A program made the position numbers and the translations under genes. Below the pieces are notes generated by a model. That model did not search any database. It was given only the letters and a program-made list of their open reading frames with translations, and was not told the DNA's origin. This document shows, in pieces, positions 29,239-38,205 of a stretch of 60,054 nucleotides of DNA. Each line of letters starts with the position of its first letter. Within the stretch, counting starts at the first letter, position 1. Source of the stretch: Gemmatimonadales bacterium (GTDB taxonomy: Bacteria; Gemmatimonadota; Gemmatimonadetes; Gemmatimonadales; GWC2-71-9); the NCBI GenBank assembly GCA_038209515.1, contig JBBQXQ010000006.1, positions 1 through 60,054 on the forward strand. The letters run 5' to 3'.

Positions 29239-30171
29239 TTACTTAGCCGCCGAGGCCTCCAGAAAGCTGCGCAAATCCGGCTCGCTGATGGCCGGCTCCC
29301 CGGGCGATACATTGTCCAATTTGCCCTGCCGCATCCAGCGCTCCAGCTCCCCGACGAGCTCGAACAGGTGGTCGAACGAGTCCACAACGAACAACAAGGG
29401 CTGGTAGTGATCGATCTCGAAGTACTGGTTGATCACCCACTCCAGCTGGATCGGGTACCGCTGGACATCCGGCGAGTCGATCGAATGAGCGATCTCCCCG
29501 AATGAGCTGAGAAGACCACTGCCGTATACCCGCAAGTCGCCGTTGCCGCGCATCAGGCCGAACTCGATCGTGAACCAAAAGAACCGCGCCATTGCCTTGA
29601 AGATGCTGGTAACCCGACGGATCTTCTCCTTCTCATCCCGAAGGCCCGCCACGATCTCGGCCGCCGTGTTGGCACAGTCACCGAAGCGAACCAGCGTATC
29701 GGCAAAGGCCCGGTCGGTATGCATCGGCACGTGGCCGGCGATGTCGTGGAAAATGTCGGGCTCCGGCAGGTAGTCGAGTGTGGCGCCGTCCCGGATGGTG
29801 ATCGTCGTGGGAAATTCGCGGTTACGCAGTGAGTCGAAGAAGAGGAATGATGGAATGTACCCGCTGACCGCCTTGGCCTTGAACCCGGTGAGCGGGCTCA
29901 GAAAGCGATTGACATCTTCCAGCCGCGGCACCCGGGTGGGCTCGAGGCAGAGGCTGTCGATCCCCTGGAGAAACCGCGGGTTGGCATAGCGCCGCCAGCG
30001 GTCCTCCATGCGGGCGAAAAGTTTGCTCCAGGCGTGGTGATTTGCCTCGGAGTAGAGCTCGTACGGCTGGTGTATGTAGAGGCGCCCTTCCTGCTGGGCC
30101 TGCTCGATGAAGGGCGCCTTGGTTGTCGTCAGCCCGGTGCCGTCCCCCTGCTGCGCTCGTACTGCCGCCAT
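29239..30171 (-). CDS. phhA: Phenylalanine 4-hydroxylase (pterin-dependent aromatic amino acid hydroxylase)
   Basis: YLPEPDIFHDIAGHVPM (two Fe-binding His), WFTIEFGL (Fe-binding Glu), YGSGLLSS; start ATG 30171 with GGAG upstream. Confidence 0.92.
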   Translation of the reverse strand: MAAVRAQQGDGTGLTTTKAPFIEQAQQEGRLYIHQPYELYSEANHHAWSKLFARMEDRWRRYANPRFLQGIDSLCLEPTRVPRLEDVNRFLSPLTGFKAKAVSGYIPSFLFFDSLRNREFPTTITIRDGATLDYLPEPDIFHDIAGHVPMHTDRAFADTLVRFGDCANTAAEIVAGLRDEKEKIRRVTSIFKAMARFFWFTIEFGLMRGNGDLRVYGSGLLSSFGEIAHSIDSPDVQRYPIQLEWVINQYFEIDHYQPLLFVVDSFDHLFELVGELERWMRQGKLDNVSPGEPAISEPDLRSFLEASAAK

Positions 30172-30199
30172 GGAACTCTCCTCGGGCTCCAAGCCCCGC

Positions 30200-31642
30200 T
30201 CAACTCTTTGCCTGAAGCGTCTTGTAGCGCCACGCCGAAATGCCGGTACCCTGCGCCTTGGCCTCGATCGGATGGGTTTCACCGGTCTTCAGCGCGGGCA
30301 CCTGAACCTCCTGATTGCCCACCACTGTTCCCTTGCTGTCCAGGAACTCAAAGACCACCGTGATGGGCTTCGCTGTGATGGGCTTCCCCCGCGAGTTCTG
30401 CGCGTCACGCCCGGTCGCGGTGGCCTTGACGCTCGCACCGTCGGCTGCCGGTGCGAACTCTTTCACCGCGATGCTGACCGGCATTGCGATCACCTGCATG
30501 GCCGTCTTGTTCGCCGACGCTTCCTTCTTGGCCATCCGCTGACCGGTCGCGAGCATACGGAGAACGTCGTCGTTCAGCGGCTCGATCGCAACCAGGCGCG
30601 TGGCCGTTTGAGCCAGTTGCGGCCCCTTCTTCAGACCAAGGTACGAATTGGCCAGACCGTACAGCGCATCCCGGTTGTATGGCTCAGCCACGACAATCTG
30701 CTCGAACGCCGTGGCCGCCGAGTCATACTTCTTGGCATTGTAGAGCGCGATCGCGGCGTTCATCGCGGCACTCTGGCCGGTCCCGGCAGGGGGTGCCGCC
30801 GCAGCGGGTCCGCCGACACCCGCCTGGGCTTCGAGGGCCTTGGCCTTATCGAGCTTACCGGTCGCGCGGTAGATCCCTGCGAGGGCTCGCTTGGCTTCTA
30901 CGTCATTGGGGGCCCATCCGAGATACCGCTCCAGGGCCGCGGCTGCCTCCTCATTGCGATTCTGCCGCTGGAGAACCGCGGCGAGATTGAACGTGGCCTG
31001 GTTCCGATCCTCCGCCATGTTGGCCGTAGTGGCGATATCGGCTGCCTTCTGAAGATATACGATGGCGCTATCGTCCATCTTGTTGTTGGCCAGGATCACT
31101 GCGGCTGCGGAGTACGCCTGCGGCTTGTCGCGATAGATAATGTTTGCCTGGCGAAAAAGCGCGAGCGCGGAATCGCTCTTCTGCCCCTTGGCAAAGCTGA
31201 TCCCGGCATTGACCAGTGGCACCCATCCGTTGTAGCGCTGCGCGCTGATATCCTGCTTGCACCCCGGCGACAGGGCCTCGGCTTTGGTGAAGGCCGTGTC
31301 AGCGCCCACCAAGTCGCCCTGCTGGAGGTGCACCCGCCCGAGGTAGTACCACGCGGCCGGATTCTTCTCCTGGCCGTTCTGCTGGATGGCTTCGAGGAGT
31401 ACCTTCTGCCCTGAGGCGAGTGCCCGGGTCTTGTTGGCCGGCACCTCGGTCTCGACGCCGGTCTTCAGATACGTGGCTCCACTGCTGACCTTGAAGTGTC
31501 CCGCCTTCAAGCCGCAGGTCGGGGGCAGATATTTCGACGGCAGGCCTTGTACTACCCGATCGTTGACCGCGGGCTGCTGCGCTGCGGCTGGAGAGGCACC
31601 CACCCCCAAGAGACCGGCAGCCAACACGATTCTGGTATTCAC
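30200..31642 (-). CDS. Secreted TPR-repeat protein with C-terminal Ig-like (FxLYD-like) domain
   Basis: Signal peptide (AAA-Q), multiple TPRs (AWYYLGRVHL, ALYGLAN), terminal VVFEFLDSKGTVVG..LKTGE; SD AAGGAGG. Confidence 0.82.
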   Translation of the reverse strand: MNTRIVLAAGLLGVGASPAAAQQPAVNDRVVQGLPSKYLPPTCGLKAGHFKVSSGATYLKTGVETEVPANKTRALASGQKVLLEAIQQNGQEKNPAAWYYLGRVHLQQGDLVGADTAFTKAEALSPGCKQDISAQRYNGWVPLVNAGISFAKGQKSDSALALFRQANIIYRDKPQAYSAAAVILANNKMDDSAIVYLQKAADIATTANMAEDRNQATFNLAAVLQRQNRNEEAAAALERYLGWAPNDVEAKRALAGIYRATGKLDKAKALEAQAGVGGPAAAAPPAGTGQSAAMNAAIALYNAKKYDSAATAFEQIVVAEPYNRDALYGLANSYLGLKKGPQLAQTATRLVAIEPLNDDVLRMLATGQRMAKKEASANKTAMQVIAMPVSIAVKEFAPAADGASVKATATGRDAQNSRGKPITAKPITVVFEFLDSKGTVVGNQEVQVPALKTGETHPIEAKAQGTGISAWRYKTLQAKS

Positions 31643-31665
31643 TCGTCACGCCTCCTTGTTCGGGA

Positions 31666-32958
31666 TCAGAGACCGGGCGGCGTTTTGTCGGTACGCACCA
31701 GGCGGAGGGCCCGGTTGTGCAAGTCCCTTGCCACCTCGTGGGCCGGTTGTCCGGTACGTCGCGCAACCGCAGCTACGTCTTCGTATTCCGGCTTTACGCG
31801 CGGCCCGTCAGGGCCCTCGAGAACCTTGACTCGAACGGCACTACCGTCCGCGGAGGTGACCTCGACTTCGCGCCGGGCGAGCGTCACCCGTTCCGCCGTG
31901 TGGCGACGGATACCGGATGTGGTACTGTGGCGGAACAGGGCGGCTGCAGCTTGGTCCGCTTGCGCGGGCCCGGCGGTGACCTCGATGCGGAAACCGACGC
32001 GGCCCTTCTTCATCTGTGTCGTCCAGACTTGGACGTCGAGGGCCCCTGCCGCGAAGAGCGCTTCACGCAAGGGGTCGAGGTACTCCGGGCTCAGGTCGTC
32101 CAGGTCCGTGGACAGGAGGACGACTTCTCCGGCTTCGACGGCCGCCGATGCCAGGATCAGCCGCAGCGCGTTCGGGTAGCTTCTCGGGTTCCGCCCACCC
32201 GCACCCCACGCCCCGGCCTCGATGGCTCGCCACCGCGCCGGTGGCGCTCCCGACGAGAGGACCCTGAGAAGCGCCGCGCCGGTCGGCGTAGTGGCTTCCC
32301 CGATCACCGGGCCGTTCGGCCCGATCTCCAGACCTTCCAGAAGAATCGAGGTCGCGGGCGCCGGCACCGGAATAGTCCCGTGCGCCGCGTGCACCCACCC
32401 ACTGCCGACGGCAACCGGGCGGTTATAGATCCGGCCGACGCCGAGCTGCTCGAACCCCTCGATCCCCCCAACGACGTCTACCAGGGCATCTACCGCGCCC
32501 ACCTCGTGGAGAGCAACCCGGTCGGCGGGCAGGCCGTGGACTCGTCCTTCCGCCTGGCCCAGCAGCTCGAAGGCCTGCACCGCTCGCTCCTGGACCCAGG
32601 GCGAGAGCTTCGCGCGTTCGATGATCGCGATCAGCTCACCTATATGCCGATGAGGGCCGTGGCCAGAGGGACGAGTATGAGCCTGGTCGTGATGATCATG
32701 ATGGTCGTGGTCGTGTGGAGCGGCGATCTCAGCAGGCTCTTCATGCGCCCCATCCGGAAGGCGTACGATGACGTGGGTGGCTCGTACGCCGCAGCGATCT
32801 ACCGGTCCGATGTCGATGGTGACGTCCGGAAACCCCAGCCGGATCGGCAGGCTTCTTAGCCACTCGGGCGACGCACCCGCGGCCAGCAGCGCGCCGAGCA
32901 GCATGTCGCCACTGATGCCTGCGACCGGATCCAGAATGGCAAAGCGTCCATCGGGCAT
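31666..32958 (-). CDS. larC: Nickel pincer cofactor biosynthesis protein LarC
   Basis: GISGDMLLGAL, His-rich loop, HEVGAVDALVDV, PVPAPAT, TPTGAA, MKKGR, KPEYED. Confidence 0.94.
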   Translation of the reverse strand: MPDGRFAILDPVAGISGDMLLGALLAAGASPEWLRSLPIRLGFPDVTIDIGPVDRCGVRATHVIVRLPDGAHEEPAEIAAPHDHDHHDHHDQAHTRPSGHGPHRHIGELIAIIERAKLSPWVQERAVQAFELLGQAEGRVHGLPADRVALHEVGAVDALVDVVGGIEGFEQLGVGRIYNRPVAVGSGWVHAAHGTIPVPAPATSILLEGLEIGPNGPVIGEATTPTGAALLRVLSSGAPPARWRAIEAGAWGAGGRNPRSYPNALRLILASAAVEAGEVVLLSTDLDDLSPEYLDPLREALFAAGALDVQVWTTQMKKGRVGFRIEVTAGPAQADQAAAALFRHSTTSGIRRHTAERVTLARREVEVTSADGSAVRVKVLEGPDGPRVKPEYEDVAAVARRTGQPAHEVARDLHNRALRLVRTDKTPPGL

Positions 32959-32967
32959 AGACTTAGG

Positions 32968-32996
32968 AATATACCGCCTTACCGCCCGTCCTTCAA
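32968..32996 (-). promoter_or_regulatory. Putative sigma70 promoter of larC (very short leader)
   Basis: Minus strand TTGAAG, 17 nt, TATATT, 9 nt, ATG. Confidence 0.55.
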
Positions 32997-34799
32997 ATGT
33001 TCCAGAATACGCTCCGCAAGGCGGGCCGAGAAGCCGGGTACCGAGGCCAGCTCGGCGGCCGACGCCGACCTGACGCCGGCCAGACTCCCGAACCGCTCCA
33101 GCAGTCGTCGTCGTTTGGTGGGACCAACACCCGGGATGGTGAGCAGCTCGGACGTGATGGTGCGCTGGGTTCGCCGCTTCCGGTTGTAGGCGAGCCCGAA
33201 GCGGTGGGCTTCGTCCCGTGCCCGCTGGAGCAGCCGGAGCGACGGGCTTCGCCGTGGCAACCGAAGGCTCTCCGACCTGCCCGGCAGAAACACTTCCTCC
33301 TCCCTCTTGGCGAGGCTCACCATCGGGAGATCCGGGAATCCCAGTTGCGCGGCGGCCTCCAGCGCCGCGCTCAGTTGGCCCTTGCCTCCGTCGATCACGA
33401 CCAGATCCGGCAGCGGCGACTGCTCATCCCGACGCCGGGTCAGATATCTGGTGAGAACTTCTTGAATGGCGGCGAAGTCGTCCTGCTGGCCCAGACCCTG
33501 AATCTTGAACTTCCGGTATTCGCTTTTGCGGGGACGCCCCGCCTCGAACCACACGAGCGATCCGACCGTGTCACGGCCTTGGTTATGCGAGATGTCCACG
33601 CAGACGAAACTGCGGGGCACGACACTCAGCCCGAGGTCGCGCCCCAGCGCATACACGGGGTCCTCGGCGCGTTCATCGGTCTCGAATGATTCGATGCGAA
33701 GGCTCTCCAACAGATGCCGCGCATTCTGGTCGGCCAGCTCGAGCCAGCGCTGGGCCGTTCCACGCTGAGGCACTACCCAGTCCGTGTCCGGCAGAAGCTG
33801 GCGCAGGGTGTCCCACTCGTCTGGGGCGAACGGCACCACCAGCCGGCGCACGCGGCCTTCGGCCGGCACGTAGTAACGCACGAGGAACGCACTCAGGACG
33901 GCAAGATCCTCTTCTTCCTCCACGCCCTCAAGAAAGCGGTGCTCTCGCCCTACGACTCGTCCACCCCGCACGCGAATGAGCACGCCGACGGCATCGTCCC
34001 CGTCCCTGGCGTAGCCGACCACATCGGCGTCCCCGGTCCCCATCACCTCGACCGCGGCCGGCTGGTCCAGCCGGTCGAGCCAGCGTAGTGCGTCCCTCAT
34101 CTCCCTGGCACGCTCGAAGTCTTCCCGCTCGCTGGCCTGCTGCATGGCCTCGCGCACCTTGACTCGAACGTCCTGGGTCCGGCCCTCGAGGAAGTCGACC
34201 ACGTCCTCCACCATGCGCTGATAGTCCGGCATGTCCTGCCATCCCATGCAGGGTGCACGGCAGCGGCCGATATAGTAGTCGAGGCAGGGACGCTCCCGAC
34301 GGTCTTCCGGGAGCTTATCCTGACAACTTCGAACGGTGTAGAGCCGGCGGATGATGGCGAGGGTGCGGCGGAGCTGGCCCACGTCGGTATAGGGTCCGAA
34401 ATAGCGGGCGCCAGGGATGTCTCGCTTCCGGGTGACTAGAACCCGCGGAAAGGGCTCTGCCAGTGTTATGGCGATTGAGGGATAGCTCTTGTCGTCCTTG
34501 AGACGGACGTTGAAACGGGGACGGTACTCCTTGATGAGGTTGTTCTCGAGGATGAGCGACCCCGGCTCGCTCGGGACTACGATGGTTTCAACGTCGGCGA
34601 TGAGCCGCTGAAGCAGCTGGTTCCTCGGACTATCCGGGAGATCCCCGAGAAAGTAGCTACGCACCCGGCTCCGTAGCCGCTTGGCCTTGCCGACGTAGAG
34701 TACTTCTCCGTCCGCTCCCCTCCAGAGGTACACACCCGGCCCTTCCGGAAGGGTGTCGAGCTTCCGCTGGAGCGTCTCTGGAATCGGGGTACTGGTCAC
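32979..34799 (-). CDS. uvrC: Excinuclease ABC subunit C
   Basis: GIY-YIG (PGVYLW..LYVGKAKRLRSRVRSYF), FNVRLKDDKSYP, UVR motif, DISH, PDLVVIDGGKGQL, RDEAHRF, HhH; start GTG 34799. Confidence 0.97.
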   Translation of the reverse strand: MTSTPIPETLQRKLDTLPEGPGVYLWRGADGEVLYVGKAKRLRSRVRSYFLGDLPDSPRNQLLQRLIADVETIVVPSEPGSLILENNLIKEYRPRFNVRLKDDKSYPSIAITLAEPFPRVLVTRKRDIPGARYFGPYTDVGQLRRTLAIIRRLYTVRSCQDKLPEDRRERPCLDYYIGRCRAPCMGWQDMPDYQRMVEDVVDFLEGRTQDVRVKVREAMQQASEREDFERAREMRDALRWLDRLDQPAAVEVMGTGDADVVGYARDGDDAVGVLIRVRGGRVVGREHRFLEGVEEEEDLAVLSAFLVRYYVPAEGRVRRLVVPFAPDEWDTLRQLLPDTDWVVPQRGTAQRWLELADQNARHLLESLRIESFETDERAEDPVYALGRDLGLSVVPRSFVCVDISHNQGRDTVGSLVWFEAGRPRKSEYRKFKIQGLGQQDDFAAIQEVLTRYLTRRRDEQSPLPDLVVIDGGKGQLSAALEAAAQLGFPDLPMVSLAKREEEVFLPGRSESLRLPRRSPSLRLLQRARDEAHRFGLAYNRKRRTQRTITSELLTIPGVGPTKRRRLLERFGSLAGVRSASAAELASVPGFSARLAERILEHLKDGR

Positions 34800-34801
34800 G
34801 G

Positions 34802-36388
34802 CTAGGAGCGCGGGTTTCGATCCCACCCGATCTTCGCGACCAGGCGGACCGCCTGGGGAACGCCCAGACTGGCGGCGACTGCGAAGTAGGCTGCACCGTA
34901 CATACCCAGGGAAAATAACGCTACCAACAGCGGGTGCCCTGGGTGGAATGCGAGCTTCACTACCCACGCTGCCGATGCGGCGGCGAGTGCGCTGCCCCAC
35001 AATCGGATCATGTACAACAACGGTACGCCGGTCCGGCCGATCCGGGAATTGAGCGTTCGCCGGAGTAGGACGAACTCGAGCCAGCCGGCCAACCCCGCCG
35101 ACGCGCTCAGTCCAGCCACCCCCCACCGCTGATCCACGCCCAGCATACCAGGCAGGGGAATGGCGAACAGGTAGCCGAGGACGACGGTCATGAGCACCCG
35201 GACCATGGCGAACCTGAGCGGGGTCCTGGTGTCGTGCAGGGCGTAGTAGGTCGAGGCGTACAGCCGGCCCAATGTCGACGCGAGCAACCCTACTGCCGAT
35301 CCCGCCAGGATCCCCCAGACATAGACGGTCATCTCCCGGGTGAACGCGCCCGACTGAAACACCGCCCCGGCCACCACGTCGCCCAGCGCCAGGAATGCCA
35401 CCGCGGAGGGAACCACGAAGAAGGCGATCTGGCGAAGTCCGCCATCCAGGCGGCCGCGCAGGTGAGCGGCACGTTCGTCCGCCTCGCCAGTGGCGCTGGA
35501 CATTGCCGGCAGCTCGGCCGCGGAGACCGACATGCCGAACAGGCTGACCGGCAGGGTGTAGAGTACCTGAGCGTAGGAAAGCGCAGCCACCGCGCCGGTG
35601 GGCAGGAGGCTCGCGAGCACGGTGTCCACGTAGGCGCTGATCTGAACCACGCCGCGGCCGATGAAGACCGGGACGAAGTTACGCACGACGGTATGAACGC
35701 TTTCCAGCCGACGGCCTAGGTCCAGCGACAGGCCCCCGAGCAGCCGCAGTACAGGGGGCACCTGGATCGCAAACTGGAGCGCACTCCCCACGACCGATCC
35801 CCAGGCCGTTATCTCGGCCAGGCGATAACCCGTAGCGGCTCTCCCGAACCTAATGAGGGTGAAGATGATCGTCAGATTCCAGAGGACCGGCGCGGCATAG
35901 GACAGGAAGAAGCGACGATGACTGTTGAGGACGCCCAGACACCAGGCTGACATCACTAGGAGGCCGGCACCGGGAAACAGAATCCGGACCAGCGTGATGG
36001 TGATCTCGCGCTTTTCGCCCGCGAACCCCGGAGCAATGACGGCAATGAGGAGCGGTGTGATCAGGACGCCGGCGAGAACCAGCGTGGAGGTAGCCAGCCC
36101 GAGCAGACTGAACACCGCGCCGGCTACCCGGCGCGCTTCCTCTCGCTCCTCTCGTCCAAGCAGCTGTGAGTAGACCGGAATAAAGGAGGCGGAGAGGACC
36201 CCTTCACCGAACAGATTCTGCAGAAAGTTCGGGATCTTGAAGGCGGCATTGAAGGCATCAGCCGCATCCGAGGTGCCGAGATAGTGGGCGAAGATCCGGT
36301 TCCGAACCAGTCCGAGGAGCCGGCTTAGCAGGATACCCGCGGCAACGGTTGCCGCGGGACGGGAGCGCCGCCCCGCCCGGGAGGTCAG
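34802..36388 (-). CDS. murJ: Lipid II flippase MurJ (MviN); inferred CTG start
   Basis: The frame stays open upstream of the ORF-track start 36115 and encodes AGILLSRLLGLVR..ADAFNAAFKIPNFLQNLFGEGVLSASFIPVY; no ATG/GTG/TTG available; CTG 36388 overlaps the upstream TGA. Confidence 0.93.
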   Translation of the reverse strand: MTSRAGRRSRPAATVAAGILLSRLLGLVRNRIFAHYLGTSDAADAFNAAFKIPNFLQNLFGEGVLSASFIPVYSQLLGREEREEARRVAGAVFSLLGLATSTLVLAGVLITPLLIAVIAPGFAGEKREITITLVRILFPGAGLLVMSAWCLGVLNSHRRFFLSYAAPVLWNLTIIFTLIRFGRAATGYRLAEITAWGSVVGSALQFAIQVPPVLRLLGGLSLDLGRRLESVHTVVRNFVPVFIGRGVVQISAYVDTVLASLLPTGAVAALSYAQVLYTLPVSLFGMSVSAAELPAMSSATGEADERAAHLRGRLDGGLRQIAFFVVPSAVAFLALGDVVAGAVFQSGAFTREMTVYVWGILAGSAVGLLASTLGRLYASTYYALHDTRTPLRFAMVRVLMTVVLGYLFAIPLPGMLGVDQRWGVAGLSASAGLAGWLEFVLLRRTLNSRIGRTGVPLLYMIRLWGSALAAASAAWVVKLAFHPGHPLLVALFSLGMYGAAYFAVAASLGVPQAVRLVAKIGWDRNPRS

Positions 36389-36666
36389 GGACTCTGCGGT
36401 GGTGGAAGGGTGGCGCGCTGTGTTGGATCCTCGAGCAGGCGCTGCAGGAACACGTTCTCGTCCTGTAGCGCCTGCACGCTGCGCGTGAGATCGTCGACCT
36501 CTGCCTCTAGCAGCTCGATCTTCTTCGCCAGTTCGGTCAGCGCGGCCGGAATCTCCTGCGGACCCTCGAGCCGCCGGGCGAGGGCCCGGCCGATCGGCGA
36601 GTCCACCACGATCCCCATGATCGGGATCAGGAGAGCGACGAGGAGGATGAGCGCGATGACCGACAT
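36385..36666 (-). CDS. Small protein with an N-terminal TM helix and coiled coil
   Basis: Hydrophobic N-terminus, SPIGRALARRLE, heptad region ending ENVFLQRLLE; own promoter upstream. Confidence 0.8.
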   Translation of the reverse strand: MSVIALILLVALLIPIMGIVVDSPIGRALARRLEGPQEIPAALTELAKKIELLEAEVDDLTRSVQALQDENVFLQRLLEDPTQRATLPPPQSP

Positions 36667-36672
36667 GGGTCG

Positions 36673-36701
36673 AGTCTACGACGGATGGAGGGCGCCTTCA
36701 A
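36673..36701 (-). promoter_or_regulatory. Sigma70 promoter giving a leaderless transcript for the small protein and murJ
   Basis: Minus strand TTGAAG, 17 nt, TAGACT, 6 nt, ATG 36666. Confidence 0.6.
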
Positions 36702-38205
36702 GGGCCGCGGCGTACCACGCTTCGATGGCCTCGCTGAGGTCGGAGATCAGGCTCGGCCCGTAGCGCGCCAGGAACGACGCGATGGTCAACACCCGTTCCT
36801 GCGGCTTGTTGTCCGGCAGCACGAGGGTCCGGGCCTTGGCGAGCTGACCGAGCTCGATCTCTTGCCGACGCTTGAGATGCTGCACCAGCTTCTTCTCCAT
36901 GTCCTGTAGCCCCGCCAAGGCCTGGTGCTTGGTCCCCTGTACCGGGCGGACCAGAGTGGGATCGATCTCGGCCGCGCTTTTCTTCAGGGTCTCGTAGCCA
37001 GCCTCGATCGCCACCCGTAGGGTTGCCAAGGCGCGGACTGCCTCGTCCGGCAGCTGGGAGCGTATCAGCCTGGCTTCCAGCGTTGCCGAAGGCTCCAGAA
37101 GGTCGCTGATCTCGAGATTGAACTTCTGCAGCACCCGCTCGACCTTGGGCTCGATCAGGAGTCCCGACCAGCGAGGGAGCGCCGGCTGCCGGGGTATCCG
37201 CATGCGCTGGTATATGGGCGGCGTCAGTGCCAGATAGGCCAGCTCACTCGGGCCGGCCATATAGGCGACGGTTGGCAGCAAGGCGCTCTCGATCACCGGC
37301 CGCAAGAGCACGTTGGGTGAAAACCGCTCCGGCTCGGCGGCCGCCAAACGCTGCAAGGCATCGAGATCGAACTGTTCCCTGCCCCGGCGGGTCATGAAAC
37401 CGCCATTCGAGATCACCAGACGGTCACGCCCCTGTGCTCCTTCGAGCATGACGAGGGTAGCACCATCACCTACGGGGACCACGGGATCCACTCCCGCGGT
37501 CCGCAACTCGTCCGCACGGTCCTGCAGATCACGATCCAGCTCGCGCGCGAGGCCCAGCGCCCGCACCAGGTGACGGGCCGCGGACCGCTTGACGACTGGA
37601 TGCGTGCTGTCGAGGCACACGACCCCCGCGGGAGCGATCAGCTCGGCGAGCGCCGCCGCGAAGCTATGGGCCACCGTGGCCTGTGGCTGGTAATGCCTGC
37701 GGAGCCAGTCGAGGGTCAACTCCCGGAATTCCGAAGTTGGCAGGTCGGCGGCTAGCGTGCTCAACACTTCCTCGATGGCATCGCCCAGCGGCTGGCGGTA
37801 CATCGGCGTGAGTGGCGCCTCGGGCGGCCGGCCCGGGAGTGAGGCAGTTCGGAGTGTTCCGTCACCCGCGATCCAGCTGGCCTGACTGGCTTCGGCAAAA
37901 TCATGATCGTCGCCGGCTACCCAGAAGACTGGCACCACCGGCCGCTGCCACTGCCGCTCGAGGATGCGGGCGAGTGCGGCGGTCGAGAGCGCCTTGTAGA
38001 TGGTATACAGCGGACCGGTGAGCAGGCCGGGCTGCTGGCCCGTGGTGACCGCCACAGCGCCGGGATCGCGGAGCCGGGCCAGCGCAGGCTCGCGCGCGGG
38101 GCTGGGGACGATCGCGTCGCCCAGCGCCGGGTCGAATGCTCCTTCGCGCGGCGCCGGAAATTCAATCGTGGAGGCGATCGGGGTCGCTACGATGCGCAAT
38201 GTCAT
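36676..38205 (-). CDS. bshC: Bacillithiol biosynthesis cysteine-adding enzyme
   Basis: VTTGQQPGLLTGPLYTIYKA, VPVFWVAGDDHDFAE, FSPNVLLRP, AYMAGPSELAY, PQER; ATGA overlap at 38205. Confidence 0.94.
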   Translation of the reverse strand: MTLRIVATPIASTIEFPAPREGAFDPALGDAIVPSPAREPALARLRDPGAVAVTTGQQPGLLTGPLYTIYKALSTAALARILERQWQRPVVPVFWVAGDDHDFAEASQASWIAGDGTLRTASLPGRPPEAPLTPMYRQPLGDAIEEVLSTLAADLPTSEFRELTLDWLRRHYQPQATVAHSFAAALAELIAPAGVVCLDSTHPVVKRSAARHLVRALGLARELDRDLQDRADELRTAGVDPVVPVGDGATLVMLEGAQGRDRLVISNGGFMTRRGREQFDLDALQRLAAAEPERFSPNVLLRPVIESALLPTVAYMAGPSELAYLALTPPIYQRMRIPRQPALPRWSGLLIEPKVERVLQKFNLEISDLLEPSATLEARLIRSQLPDEAVRALATLRVAIEAGYETLKKSAAEIDPTLVRPVQGTKHQALAGLQDMEKKLVQHLKRRQEIELGQLAKARTLVLPDNKPQERVLTIASFLARYGPSLISDLSEAIEAWYAAALEGALHPS

